A stretch of 64,000 nucleotides of DNA from Saccostrea cucullata (lineage: Eukaryota), in assembly GCF_032062105.1 (NCBI RefSeq), contig NW_026921619.1, positions 1 through 64,000 of the forward strand, written 5' to 3'. The number at the start of each line of letters is the position of its first letter. The first letter of the stretch is position 1. The translations under genes were made by a program, and so were the position numbers. This document shows positions 25,024 to 35,838 of this stretch, piece after piece. The notes below the pieces were generated by a model. That model was not told the DNA's origin. It worked only from the letters and a program-made list of their open reading frames with translations, and made no database searches.

Positions 25024-28000
25024 ATGACCAGCGTGCAAAAGAACGAATTGAGAATTTTGCGTAAAACATTTTTGAAGAAAACCAGATATGAGAGCCACCA
25101 ATTATTCTTACAATCTTGCTTGGAACGTAACATTATTCCAAAAGGATTTAAACTTAAATGGACTTTAGGTTTGGATGCAACAATTGACAACAAAGAAAAT
25201 ATTCATGGAATCCTGGACTCAACTTCCCGAAAATTAATGCAGGAATCCGTAAAGGTTTGTGTTAAAACTGTTTCAAAACTTAAAGAATCTATAGAAAAGC
25301 AGAGTGAAAGTCTAAGGACGAAACTTGGCGAGGAGGAGTATATAGAGGCTTTTTCATCTATCAATGCCAATGTAGAAAAAAACGCAGAGAAACTTTTCAG
25401 AACAAAGAGTAGGAAACTAGGTGCATTAAATGAAAACAGGAATAAAAAAGATAATGTTGTATCTACTTTGACCGTAAACCCCACAGTTGACAATGCAATC
25501 ATAGTTGATGAAGATGTAGAAATTCGAATAGAGGGGGATGGGAACTGTTTCTATAGATGCGTCTCATATTATTTATTTGATGATCAGAAATTTCATACTG
25601 AAATAAGAAGAAAGGTTGTAGAAGAACTGAATGCAAATAAACAATTTTATAGTGAGTACGTAGACGGAGATTTTCAAGATCATTTGAACAATGTCAAACT
25701 ATTGGACGGAAGTGTGGCTTCATGGGCAACAGAAGCAGAAGTGTTTGCAGCAGCATACCGATTTGATGTTGATATTTTTGTGAAATCAAATTCAAATAAC
25801 CGATCCCAATGGCAAAAGTACCCGAATGCGGAGGAATGCGATCATAAAAAAGATTTCATTTGTTTAAATTACTTCTCAAATCATTTTAATTTCATCAAAA
25901 CCTCACATCGCCCGTGCAATTGCTTTGTATCTAATTCTGAAGCAACAGATGATCTATTATCGGAAGATTCTAAAATGCACAACGTGGATTCGGAGGAAAA
26001 GGATGAGAACAATGAAACTATGGTAATGCCTGATAATAGTACATGTTCAGATAAGGATGTGATCAATATGTCTTCAAAAAAACTAACAAACGCGCAGTTA
26101 AGCTTACTTAAAAAAGGACTAAAATTTGTACCTACTAAAAAGAATATTGATTTCACACAGTTATTAACAGACCTGCAAACATGGGAACGTAGAATGCGAC
26201 TGCGGGAATTCTTTTTTAATGAGGAAGATGACGAATCTTCAGATACAGATGAACAGTATGAGAAAAAGAAATCAAATTCAAAGTGGACACCAGAAGAGGG
26301 GAGGGACAAATGGCTTGATGAATACATTAGACAAGTTAAGGAAGATGTAATCAGGGGATTAAGTAGAAATTTTTCGAGCAATATTACAAACTCAGAGGAA
26401 AGTGCTATGAGAGAGCTTCTAGAGGATCCAAATATTATCATTAGACCAGCAGACAAAGGATCAGGAGTCGTTGTTATGGATACAGATAAATACGTTGATC
26501 AAGTGGAAAACGAAATGCTGAATAGCTCATCCTACAGTGAAGTAAAAGAAGACAGATCTCAACAAATAACTAACAAAATACAAAAGTTAGTGAATAACAT
26601 GCATAAAAGAGGATCTATCTCGACAGAGCTACGACACTACCTTTTACCGACAGAAATTTCTTCCGGTAAACTACAGGCCAATCCAAAAGTACACAAGAAA
26701 AATCACCCGCTGAGAACTATAGTAAATGGCCGTCAACATCCCACAGAAAAACTAGCAGAGTATGTTGAATTACAGCTCGAGGATGCAAACAAATCACTTA
26801 AAAGTTACATACAGGACACCACGGATTTCTTGAGGAAACTCTCAACATTGAATCAACCGTTGCCGAATTCTTCTTTATTATTTTGCATGGATGTTAAATC
26901 ACTGTATCCTAGTATACCAAGGAAGGAAGCAAGGGAAGTAATTAAAAGGATTCTAGAAGAACGACAGAAAAAAGAAGTAGATACTGACAGTATTCTAGAA
27001 ATGATGGATGCTGTCCTGGATAACAATAATTTTAGTTTCAACAATAAACATTATATCCAAACCGAAGGTACTGCTATAGGATCTAAACTGGGACGAAACT
27101 ATGCATGTGTATACATGGGGGAATGGGAAAATATTCTTTTGGCGATTTGTAAACAACAACCTCTTTTTTATCTAAGATACATTGACGATATTTTTGGGAT
27201 CTGGACGGGGACAGAAGAAGAACTACATGATTTCCATATGACTGCAAATAATATTCACCCCAACATTCAGCTTGACCTGCGTTTTTCAAAAACAAAAATA
27301 GACTTCCTTGATGTTTCTATTTCTCTGGATAACGGATTTCTCACAACAGATCTTTACAGCAAACCAACTGACAAACATATGTACCTTAACAAAACCTCCA
27401 GCCATCCCGAATCTACAAAAAGTTCAATTCCGTACGGCCTTGGTCTTAGAGCACGTCGTATTTGCTCCACAGAGGAAAACTATCAAAGCCAACGTGATAA
27501 AGTGAAAAAGAACTTGCGAAAACGAGGATATTCTAGCAACGAAGTAGAAAAACAACTTACGAAAGTTGACAAACTCAATCGCTCGGATCTACTAAATTAT
27601 AGAAAAAATAAAACGCGATGTGACCGTGTTCCCCTTGTGTTGACCTATTCAAAAGGATTACCGAATATTCATAACATTTTGAAGAAAAGACAAAAAATTC
27701 TTGAAAATTCCGATCGCCTGAAACTCGCGTTCAAAAAGACCCCAATCGTTGCCTATAAAAGAGACAAAAATTTGAAAGACATTTTAGTGTATAAAAAACA
27801 CAACAATTTATTTTTTAAAAAAGGAAATTTATGTGAGCCATGTGGTGCTAAAAAATGTATTTTGTGTAAATTTGTTGTGAAAACCAGCCAGTTTGAAGAT
27901 AATAACGGATGCACTTTTCAAGTCAAAAATTATATTAATTGTAAATCAAGGAATGTTGTTTATGGAATTTTTTGTAAAAAGTGTGACAAAATAGTGTATG

Positions 28001-28251
28001 TGGGAGAAACTGGTGATAGTTTATATCAAAGACATGTGTTGAATTTGTCTTTAATTAGAAGAGAAACAAATGATCCTGTGGCTACTCATTTTAATTCAGA
28101 TGTACATACAGTAGAAGATTATAATATAATAGGCATTGAAAAACTGTATAAGAATGACATTTACCGCAAATATAGAGAAAATCTTTGGAAGAAAAAGTTG
28201 AACACTTATATACCATTTGGTATTAACAAAAGGGAACACTTCTGTCTTTGA
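25024..28251 (+). CDS. PLE polyprotein: N-terminal PLE motif, OTU protease, DKG, RT, Cys-rich linker, GIY-YIG endonuclease (1075 aa)
   Basis: HQLFLQSC...IIPKG; GDGNCFYR...WATEAE...NHFN; IRPADKGSGVVVMD; DVKSLYPSI, GTAIGS, RYIDD; CEPC...CILC; VVYGIFCKKC...YVGETG...R...E...GIN. Confidence 0.95.
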   Translation: MTSVQKNELRILRKTFLKKTRYESHQLFLQSCLERNIIPKGFKLKWTLGLDATIDNKENIHGILDSTSRKLMQESVKVCVKTVSKLKESIEKQSESLRTKLGEEEYIEAFSSINANVEKNAEKLFRTKSRKLGALNENRNKKDNVVSTLTVNPTVDNAIIVDEDVEIRIEGDGNCFYRCVSYYLFDDQKFHTEIRRKVVEELNANKQFYSEYVDGDFQDHLNNVKLLDGSVASWATEAEVFAAAYRFDVDIFVKSNSNNRSQWQKYPNAEECDHKKDFICLNYFSNHFNFIKTSHRPCNCFVSNSEATDDLLSEDSKMHNVDSEEKDENNETMVMPDNSTCSDKDVINMSSKKLTNAQLSLLKKGLKFVPTKKNIDFTQLLTDLQTWERRMRLREFFFNEEDDESSDTDEQYEKKKSNSKWTPEEGRDKWLDEYIRQVKEDVIRGLSRNFSSNITNSEESAMRELLEDPNIIIRPADKGSGVVVMDTDKYVDQVENEMLNSSSYSEVKEDRSQQITNKIQKLVNNMHKRGSISTELRHYLLPTEISSGKLQANPKVHKKNHPLRTIVNGRQHPTEKLAEYVELQLEDANKSLKSYIQDTTDFLRKLSTLNQPLPNSSLLFCMDVKSLYPSIPRKEAREVIKRILEERQKKEVDTDSILEMMDAVLDNNNFSFNNKHYIQTEGTAIGSKLGRNYACVYMGEWENILLAICKQQPLFYLRYIDDIFGIWTGTEEELHDFHMTANNIHPNIQLDLRFSKTKIDFLDVSISLDNGFLTTDLYSKPTDKHMYLNKTSSHPESTKSSIPYGLGLRARRICSTEENYQSQRDKVKKNLRKRGYSSNEVEKQLTKVDKLNRSDLLNYRKNKTRCDRVPLVLTYSKGLPNIHNILKKRQKILENSDRLKLAFKKTPIVAYKRDKNLKDILVYKKHNNLFFKKGNLCEPCGAKKCILCKFVVKTSQFEDNNGCTFQVKNYINCKSRNVVYGIFCKKCDKIVYVGETGDSLYQRHVLNLSLIRRETNDPVATHFNSDVHTVEDYNIIGIEKLYKNDIYRKYRENLWKKKLNTYIPFGINKREHFCL

Positions 28252-28512
28252 ATTGGATTTATGAACATTTGTGTGACATTGTATACTTATTTTTACAGAT
28301 ATACTTTTATATATACTTTAAAATCATCTTTTTAATATACCCCGTATTCTAGTATTTTATTCTGTATGATAAAAATTTTGATACACAAGTACAATTTTTG
28401 CTCTCACAATATTTTCAGATGTTTTTGGCGCAATTTTAGTGCATGACGTTGCCTCTCAATTTCTATGTTCATTCTGACGTCATAATACTGTTGAGTTGCT
28501 ATGCATTTAAAT

Positions 28513-28565
28513 AAACACGACTGATGAAGGCCGGTGACACGGCTGAAATATTTCGAAAAGTGTTT
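28513..28565 (+). ncRNA. Minimal hammerhead ribozyme (unit 2)
   Basis: Same sequence as 24908-24960; CTGATGA at 28521. Confidence 0.75.
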
Positions 28566-28628
28566 TAAAGTTTTTTATTGTATTGACAAAAAGAGACTTT
28601 GGATTTGTATAAAGTGTAGCAGAACAAC

Positions 28629-31600
28629 ATGACCAGCGTGCAAAAGAACGAATTGAGAATTTTGCGTAAAACATTTTTGAAGAAAACCAGATATGAGAGC
28701 CACCAATTATTCTTACAATCTTGCTTGGAACGTAACATTATTCCAAAAGGATTTAAACTTAAATGGACTTTAGGTTTGGATGCAACAATTGACAACAAAG
28801 AAAATATTCATGGAATCCTGGACTCAACTTCCCGAAAATTAATGCAGGAATCCGTAAAGGTTTGTGTTAAAACTGTTTCAAAACTTAAAGAATCTATAGA
28901 AAAGCAGAGTGAAAGTCTAAGGACGAAACTTGGCGAGGAGGAGTATATAGAGGCTTTTTCATCTATCAATGCCAATGTAGAAAAAAACGCAGAGAAACTT
29001 TTCAGAACAAAGAGTAGGAAACTAGGTGCATTAAATGAAAACAGGAATAAAAAAGATAATGTTGTATCTACTTTGACCGTAAACCCCACAGTTGACAATG
29101 CAATCATAGTTGATGAAGATGTAGAAATTCGAATAGAGGGGGATGGGAACTGTTTCTATAGATGCGTCTCATATTATTTATTTGATGATCAGAAATTTCA
29201 TACTGAAATAAGAAGAAAGGTTGTAGAAGAACTGAATGCAAATAAACAATTTTATAGTGAGTACGTAGACGGAGATTTTCAAGATCATTTGAACAATGTC
29301 AAACTATTGGACGGAAGTGTGGCTTCATGGGCAACAGAAGCAGAAGTGTTTGCAGCAGCATACCGATTTGATGTTGATATTTTTGTGAAATCAAATTCAA
29401 ATAACCGATCCCAATGGCAAAAGTACCCGAATGCGGAGGAATGCGATCATAAAAAAGATTTCATTTGTTTAAATTACTTCTCAAATCATTTTAATTTCAT
29501 CAAAACCTCACATCGCCCGTGCAATTGCTTTGTATCTAATTCTGAAGCAACAGATGATCTATTATCGGAAGATTCTAAAATGCACAACGTGGATTCGGAG
29601 GAAAAGGATGAGAACAATGAAACTATGGTAATGCCTGATAATAGTACATGTTCAGATAAGGATGTGATCAATATGTCTTCAAAAAAACTAACAAACGCGC
29701 AGTTAAGCTTACTTAAAAAAGGACTAAAATTTGTACCTACTAAAAAGAATATTGATTTCACACAGTTATTAACAGACCTGCAAACATGGGAACGTAGAAT
29801 GCGACTGCGGGAATTCTTTTTTAATGAGGAAGATGACGAATCTTCAGATACAGATGAACAGTATGAGAAAAAGAAATCAAATTCAAAGTGGACACCAGAA
29901 GAGGGGAGGGACAAATGGCTTGATGAATACATTAGACAAGTTAAGGAAGATGTAATCAGGGGATTAAGTAGAAATTTTTCGAGCAATATTACAAACTCAG
30001 AGGAAAGTGCTATGAGAGAGCTTCTAGAGGATCCAAATATTATCATTAGACCAGCAGACAAAGGATCAGGAGTCGTTGTTATGGATACAGATAAATACGT
30101 TGATCAAGTGGAAAACGAAATGCTGAATAGCTCATCCTACAGTGAAGTAAAAGAAGACAGATCTCAACAAATAACTAACAAAATACAAAAGTTAGTGAAT
30201 AACATGCATAAAAGAGGATCTATCTCGACAGAGCTACGACACTACCTTTTACCGACAGAAATTTCTTCCGGTAAACTACAGGCCAATCCAAAAGTACACA
30301 AGAAAAATCACCCGCTGAGAACTATAGTAAATGGCCGTCAACATCCCACAGAAAAACTAGCAGAGTATGTTGAATTACAGCTCGAGGATGCAAACAAATC
30401 ACTTAAAAGTTACATACAGGACACCACGGATTTCTTGAGGAAACTCTCAACATTGAATCAACCGTTGCCGAATTCTTCTTTATTATTTTGCATGGATGTT
30501 AAATCACTGTATCCTAGTATACCAAGGAAGGAAGCAAGGGAAGTAATTAAAAGGATTCTAGAAGAACGACAGAAAAAAGAAGTAGATACTGACAGTATTC
30601 TAGAAATGATGGATGCTGTCCTGGATAACAATAATTTTAGTTTCAACAATAAACATTATATCCAAACCGAAGGTACTGCTATAGGATCTAAACTGGGACG
30701 AAACTATGCATGTGTATACATGGGGGAATGGGAAAATATTCTTTTGGCGATTTGTAAACAACAACCTCTTTTTTATCTAAGATACATTGACGATATTTTT
30801 GGGATCTGGACGGGGACAGAAGAAGAACTACATGATTTCCATATGACTGCAAATAATATTCACCCCAACATTCAGCTTGACCTGCGTTTTTCAAAAACAA
30901 AAATAGACTTCCTTGATGTTTCTATTTCTCTGGATAACGGATTTCTCACAACAGATCTTTACAGCAAACCAACTGACAAACATATGTACCTTAACAAAAC
31001 CTCCAGCCATCCCGAATCTACAAAAAGTTCAATTCCGTACGGCCTTGGTCTTAGAGCACGTCGTATTTGCTCCACAGAGGAAAACTATCAAAGCCAACGT
31101 GATAAAGTGAAAAAGAACTTGCGAAAACGAGGATATTCTAGCAACGAAGTAGAAAAACAACTTACGAAAGTTGACAAACTCAATCGCTCGGATCTACTAA
31201 ATTATAGAAAAAATAAAACGCGATGTGACCGTGTTCCCCTTGTGTTGACCTATTCAAAAGGATTACCGAATATTCATAACATTTTGAAGAAAAGACAAAA
31301 AATTCTTGAAAATTCCGATCGCCTGAAACTCGCGTTCAAAAAGACCCCAATCGTTGCCTATAAAAGAGACAAAAATTTGAAAGACATTTTAGTGTATAAA
31401 AAACACAACAATTTATTTTTTAAAAAAGGAAATTTATGTGAGCCATGTGGTGCTAAAAAATGTATTTTGTGTAAATTTGTTGTGAAAACCAGCCAGTTTG
31501 AAGATAATAACGGATGCACTTTTCAAGTCAAAAATTATATTAATTGTAAATCAAGGAATGTTGTTTATGGAATTTTTTGTAAAAAGTGTGACAAAATAGT

Positions 31601-31856
31601 GTATGTGGGAGAAACTGGTGATAGTTTATATCAAAGACATGTGTTGAATTTGTCTTTAATTAGAAGAGAAACAAATGATCCTGTGGCTACTCATTTTAAT
31701 TCAGATGTACATACAGTAGAAGATTATAATATAATAGGCATTGAAAAACTGTATAAGAATGACATTTACCGCAAATATAGAGAAAATCTTTGGAAGAAAA
31801 AGTTGAACACTTATATACCATTTGGTATTAACAAAAGGGAACACTTCTGTCTTTGA
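28629..31856 (+). CDS. PLE OTU-RT-GIY-YIG polyprotein, intact copy
   Basis: Same protein as 25024-28251. Confidence 0.95.
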   Translation: MTSVQKNELRILRKTFLKKTRYESHQLFLQSCLERNIIPKGFKLKWTLGLDATIDNKENIHGILDSTSRKLMQESVKVCVKTVSKLKESIEKQSESLRTKLGEEEYIEAFSSINANVEKNAEKLFRTKSRKLGALNENRNKKDNVVSTLTVNPTVDNAIIVDEDVEIRIEGDGNCFYRCVSYYLFDDQKFHTEIRRKVVEELNANKQFYSEYVDGDFQDHLNNVKLLDGSVASWATEAEVFAAAYRFDVDIFVKSNSNNRSQWQKYPNAEECDHKKDFICLNYFSNHFNFIKTSHRPCNCFVSNSEATDDLLSEDSKMHNVDSEEKDENNETMVMPDNSTCSDKDVINMSSKKLTNAQLSLLKKGLKFVPTKKNIDFTQLLTDLQTWERRMRLREFFFNEEDDESSDTDEQYEKKKSNSKWTPEEGRDKWLDEYIRQVKEDVIRGLSRNFSSNITNSEESAMRELLEDPNIIIRPADKGSGVVVMDTDKYVDQVENEMLNSSSYSEVKEDRSQQITNKIQKLVNNMHKRGSISTELRHYLLPTEISSGKLQANPKVHKKNHPLRTIVNGRQHPTEKLAEYVELQLEDANKSLKSYIQDTTDFLRKLSTLNQPLPNSSLLFCMDVKSLYPSIPRKEAREVIKRILEERQKKEVDTDSILEMMDAVLDNNNFSFNNKHYIQTEGTAIGSKLGRNYACVYMGEWENILLAICKQQPLFYLRYIDDIFGIWTGTEEELHDFHMTANNIHPNIQLDLRFSKTKIDFLDVSISLDNGFLTTDLYSKPTDKHMYLNKTSSHPESTKSSIPYGLGLRARRICSTEENYQSQRDKVKKNLRKRGYSSNEVEKQLTKVDKLNRSDLLNYRKNKTRCDRVPLVLTYSKGLPNIHNILKKRQKILENSDRLKLAFKKTPIVAYKRDKNLKDILVYKKHNNLFFKKGNLCEPCGAKKCILCKFVVKTSQFEDNNGCTFQVKNYINCKSRNVVYGIFCKKCDKIVYVGETGDSLYQRHVLNLSLIRRETNDPVATHFNSDVHTVEDYNIIGIEKLYKNDIYRKYRENLWKKKLNTYIPFGINKREHFCL

Positions 31857-32117
31857 ATTGGATTTATGAACATTTGTGTGACATTGTATACTTATTTTTA
31901 CAGATATACTTTTATATATACTTTAAAATCATCTTTTTAATATACCCCGTATTCTAGTATTTTATTCTGTATGATAAAAATTTTGATACACAAGTACAAT
32001 TTTTGCTCTCACAATATTTTCAGATGTTTTTGGCGCAATTTTAGTGCATGACGTTGCCTCTCAATTTCTATGTTCATTGTGACGTCATAATACTGTTGAG
32101 TTGCTATGCATTTAAAT

Positions 32118-32170
32118 AAACACGACTGATGAAGGCCGGTGACACGGCTGAAATATTTCGAAAAGTGTTT
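32118..32170 (+). ncRNA. Minimal hammerhead ribozyme (unit 3)
   Basis: CTGATGA at 32126, same motif. Confidence 0.75.
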
Positions 32171-32233
32171 TAAAGTTTTTTATTGTATTGACAAAAAGAG
32201 ACTTTGGATTTGTATAAAGTGTAGCAGAACAAC

Positions 32234-35200
32234 ATGACCAGCGTGCAAAAGAACGAATTGAGAATTTTGCGTAAAACATTTTTGAAGAAAACCAGATATG
32301 AGAGCCACCAATTATTCTTACAATCTTGCTTGGAACGTAACATTATTCCAAAAGGATTTAAACTTAAATGGACTTTAGGTTTGGATGCAACAATTGACAA
32401 CAAAGAAAATATTCATGGAATCCTGGACTCAACTTCCCGAAAATTAATGCAGGAATCCGTAAAGGTTTGTGTTAAAACTGTTTCAAAACTTAAAGAATCT
32501 ATAGAAAAGCAGAGTGAAAGTCTAAGGACGAAACTTGGCGAGGAGGAGTATATAGAGGCTTTTTCATCTATCAATGCCAATGTAGAAAAAAACGCAAAGA
32601 AACTTTTCAGAACAAAGAGTAGGAAACTAGGTGCATTAAATGAAAACAGGAATAAAAAAGATAATGTTGTATCTACTTTGACCGTAAACCCCACAGTTGA
32701 CAATGCAATCATAGTTGATGAAGATGTAGAAATTCGAATAGAGGGGGATGGGAACTGTTTCTATAGATGCGTCTCATATTATTTATTTGATGATCAGAAA
32801 TTTCATACTGAAATAAGAAGAAAGGTTGTAGAAGAACTGAATGCAAATAAACAATTTTATAGTGAGTACGTAGACGGAGATTTTCAAGATCATTTGAACA
32901 ATGTCAAACTATTGGACGGAAGTGTGGCTTCATGGGCAACAGAAGCAGAAGTGTTTGCAGCAGCATACCGATTTGATGTTGATATTTTTGTGAAATCAAA
33001 TTCAAATAACCGATCCCAATGGCAAAAGTACCCGAATGCGGAGGAATGCGATCATAAAAAAGATTTCATTTGTTTAAATTACTTCTCAAATCATTTTAAT
33101 TTCATCAAAACCTCACATCGCCCGTGCAATTGCTTTGTATCTAATTCTGAAGCAACAGATGATCTATTATCGGAAGATTCTAAAATGCACAACGTGGATT
33201 CGGAGGAAAAGGATGAGAACAATGAAACTATGGTAATGCCTGATAATAGTACATGTTCAGATAAGGATGTGATCAATATGTCTTCAAAAAAACTAACAAA
33301 CGCGCAGTTAAGCTTACTTAAAAAAGGACTAAAATTTGTACCTACTAAAAAGAATATTGATTTCACACAGTTATTAACAGACCTGCAAACATGGGAACGT
33401 AGAATGCGACTGCGGGAATTCTTTTTTAATGAGGAAGATGACGAATCTTCAGATACAGATGAACAGTATGAGAAAAAGAAATCAAATTCAAAGTGGACAC
33501 CAGAAGAGGGGAGGGACAAATGGCTTGATGAATACATTAGACAAGTTAAGGAAGATGTAATCAGGGGATTAAGTAGAAATTTTTCGAGCAATATTACAAA
33601 CTCAGAGGAAAGTGCTATGAGAGAGCTTCTAGAGGATCCAAATATTATCATTAGACCAGCAGACAAAGGATCAGGAGTCGTTGTTATGGATACAGATAAA
33701 TACGTTGATCAAGTGGAAAACGAAATGCTGAATAGCTCATCCTACAGTGAAGTAAAAGAAGACAGATCTCAACAAATAACTAACAAAATACAAAAGTTAG
33801 TGAATAACATGCATAAAAGAGGATCTATCTCGACAGAGCTACGACACTACCTTTTACCGACAGAAATTTCTTCCGGTAAACTACAGGCCAATCCAAAAGT
33901 ACACAAGAAAAATCACCCGCTGAGAACTATAGTAAATGGCCGTCAACATCCCACAGAAAAACTAGCAGAGTATGTTGAATTACAGCTCGAGGATGCAAAC
34001 AAATCACTTAAAAGTTACATACAGGACACCACGGATTTCTTGAGGAAACTCTCAACATTGAATCAACCGTTGCCGAATTCTTCTTTATTATTTTGCATGG
34101 ATGTTAAATCACTGTATCCTAGTATACCAAGGAAGGAAGCAAGGGAAGTAATTAAAAGGATTCTAGAAGAACGACAGAAAAAAGAAGTAGATACTGACAG
34201 TATTCTAGAAATGATGGATGCTGTCCTGGATAACAATAATTTTAGTTTCAACAATAAACATTATATCCAAACCGAAGGTACTGCTATAGGATCTAAACTG
34301 GGACGAAACTATGCATGTGTATACATGGGGGAATGGGAAAATATTCTTTTGGCGATTTGTAAACAACAACCTCTTTTTTATCTAAGATACATTGACGATA
34401 TTTTTGGGATCTGGACGGGGACAGAAGAAGAACTACATGATTTCCATATGACTGCAAATAATATTCACCCCAACATTCAGCTTGACCTGCGTTTTTCAAA
34501 AACAAAAATAGACTTCCTTGATGTTTCTATTTCTCTGGATAACGGATTTCTCACAACAGATCTTTACAGCAAACCAACTGACAAACATATGTACCTTAAC
34601 AAAACCTCCAGCCATCCCGAATCTACAAAAAGTTCAATTCCGTACGGCCTTGGTCTTAGAGCACGTCGTATTTGCTCCACAGAGGAAAACTATCAAAGCC
34701 AACGTGATAAAGTGAAAAAGAACTTGCGAAAACGAGGATATTCTAGCAACGAAGTAGAAAAACAACTTACGAAAGTTGACAAACTCAATCGCTCGGATCT
34801 ACTAAATTATAGAAAAAATAAAACGCGATGTGACCGTGTTCCCCTTGTGTTGACCTATTCAAAAGGATTACCGAATATTCATAACATTTTGAAGAAAAGA
34901 CAAAAAATTCTTGAAAATTCCGATCGCCTGAAACTCGCGTTCAAAAAGACCCCAATCGTTGCCTATAAAAGAGACAAAAATTTGAAAGACATTTTAGTGT
35001 ATAAAAAACACAACAATTTATTTTTTAAAAAAGGAAATTTATGTGAGCCATGTGGTGCTAAAAAATGTATTTTGTGTAAATTTGTTGTGAAAACCAGCCA
35101 GTTTGAAGATAATAACGGATGCACTTTTCAAGTCAAAAATTATATTAATTGTAAATCAAGGAATGTTGTTTATGGAATTTTTTGTAAAAAGTGTGACAAA

Positions 35201-35461
35201 ATAGTGTATGTGGGAGAAACTGGTGATAGTTTATATCAAAGACATGTGTTGAATTTGTCTTTAATTAGAAGAGAAACAAATGATCCTGTGGCTACTCATT
35301 TTAATTCAGATGTACATACAGTAGAAGATTATAATATAATAGGCATTGAAAAACTGTATAAGAATGACATTTACCGCAAATATAGAGAAAATCTTTGGAA
35401 GAAAAAGTTGAACACTTATATACCATTTGGTATTAACAAAAGGGAACACTTCTGTCTTTGA
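32234..35461 (+). CDS. PLE OTU-RT-GIY-YIG polyprotein, intact copy (E122K)
   Basis: 1075 aa, one substitution seen relative to consensus. Confidence 0.95.
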   Translation: MTSVQKNELRILRKTFLKKTRYESHQLFLQSCLERNIIPKGFKLKWTLGLDATIDNKENIHGILDSTSRKLMQESVKVCVKTVSKLKESIEKQSESLRTKLGEEEYIEAFSSINANVEKNAKKLFRTKSRKLGALNENRNKKDNVVSTLTVNPTVDNAIIVDEDVEIRIEGDGNCFYRCVSYYLFDDQKFHTEIRRKVVEELNANKQFYSEYVDGDFQDHLNNVKLLDGSVASWATEAEVFAAAYRFDVDIFVKSNSNNRSQWQKYPNAEECDHKKDFICLNYFSNHFNFIKTSHRPCNCFVSNSEATDDLLSEDSKMHNVDSEEKDENNETMVMPDNSTCSDKDVINMSSKKLTNAQLSLLKKGLKFVPTKKNIDFTQLLTDLQTWERRMRLREFFFNEEDDESSDTDEQYEKKKSNSKWTPEEGRDKWLDEYIRQVKEDVIRGLSRNFSSNITNSEESAMRELLEDPNIIIRPADKGSGVVVMDTDKYVDQVENEMLNSSSYSEVKEDRSQQITNKIQKLVNNMHKRGSISTELRHYLLPTEISSGKLQANPKVHKKNHPLRTIVNGRQHPTEKLAEYVELQLEDANKSLKSYIQDTTDFLRKLSTLNQPLPNSSLLFCMDVKSLYPSIPRKEAREVIKRILEERQKKEVDTDSILEMMDAVLDNNNFSFNNKHYIQTEGTAIGSKLGRNYACVYMGEWENILLAICKQQPLFYLRYIDDIFGIWTGTEEELHDFHMTANNIHPNIQLDLRFSKTKIDFLDVSISLDNGFLTTDLYSKPTDKHMYLNKTSSHPESTKSSIPYGLGLRARRICSTEENYQSQRDKVKKNLRKRGYSSNEVEKQLTKVDKLNRSDLLNYRKNKTRCDRVPLVLTYSKGLPNIHNILKKRQKILENSDRLKLAFKKTPIVAYKRDKNLKDILVYKKHNNLFFKKGNLCEPCGAKKCILCKFVVKTSQFEDNNGCTFQVKNYINCKSRNVVYGIFCKKCDKIVYVGETGDSLYQRHVLNLSLIRRETNDPVATHFNSDVHTVEDYNIIGIEKLYKNDIYRKYRENLWKKKLNTYIPFGINKREHFCL

Positions 35462-35722
35462 ATTGGATTTATGAACATTTGTGTGACATTGTATACTTAT
35501 TTTTACAGATATACTTTTATATATACTTTAAAATCATCTTTTTAATATACCCCGTATTCTAGTATTTTATTCTGTATGATAAAAATTTTGATACACAAGT
35601 ACAATTTTTGCTCTCACAATATTTTCAGATGTTTTTGGCGCAATTTTAGTGCATGACGTTGCCTCTCAATTTCTATGTTCATTGTGACGTCATAATACTG
35701 TTGAGTTGCTATGCATTTAAAT

Positions 35723-35775
35723 AAACACGACTGATGAAGGCCGGTGACACGGCTGAAATATTTCGAAAAGTGTTT
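35723..35775 (+). ncRNA. Minimal hammerhead ribozyme (unit 4)
   Basis: CTGATGA at 35731. Confidence 0.75.
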
Positions 35776-35838
35776 TAAAGTTTTTTATTGTATTGACAAA
35801 AAGAGACTTTGGATTTGTATAAAGTGTAGCAGAACAAC

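Noticed and set aside
25881-26456. 191-aa antisense ORF (and other small antisense or overlapping ORFs) recurring in each PLE unit
   Set aside because: Ser/Phe/Leu-rich shadow of the Glu/Lys/Asp-rich sense ORF; recurrence only reflects unit identity
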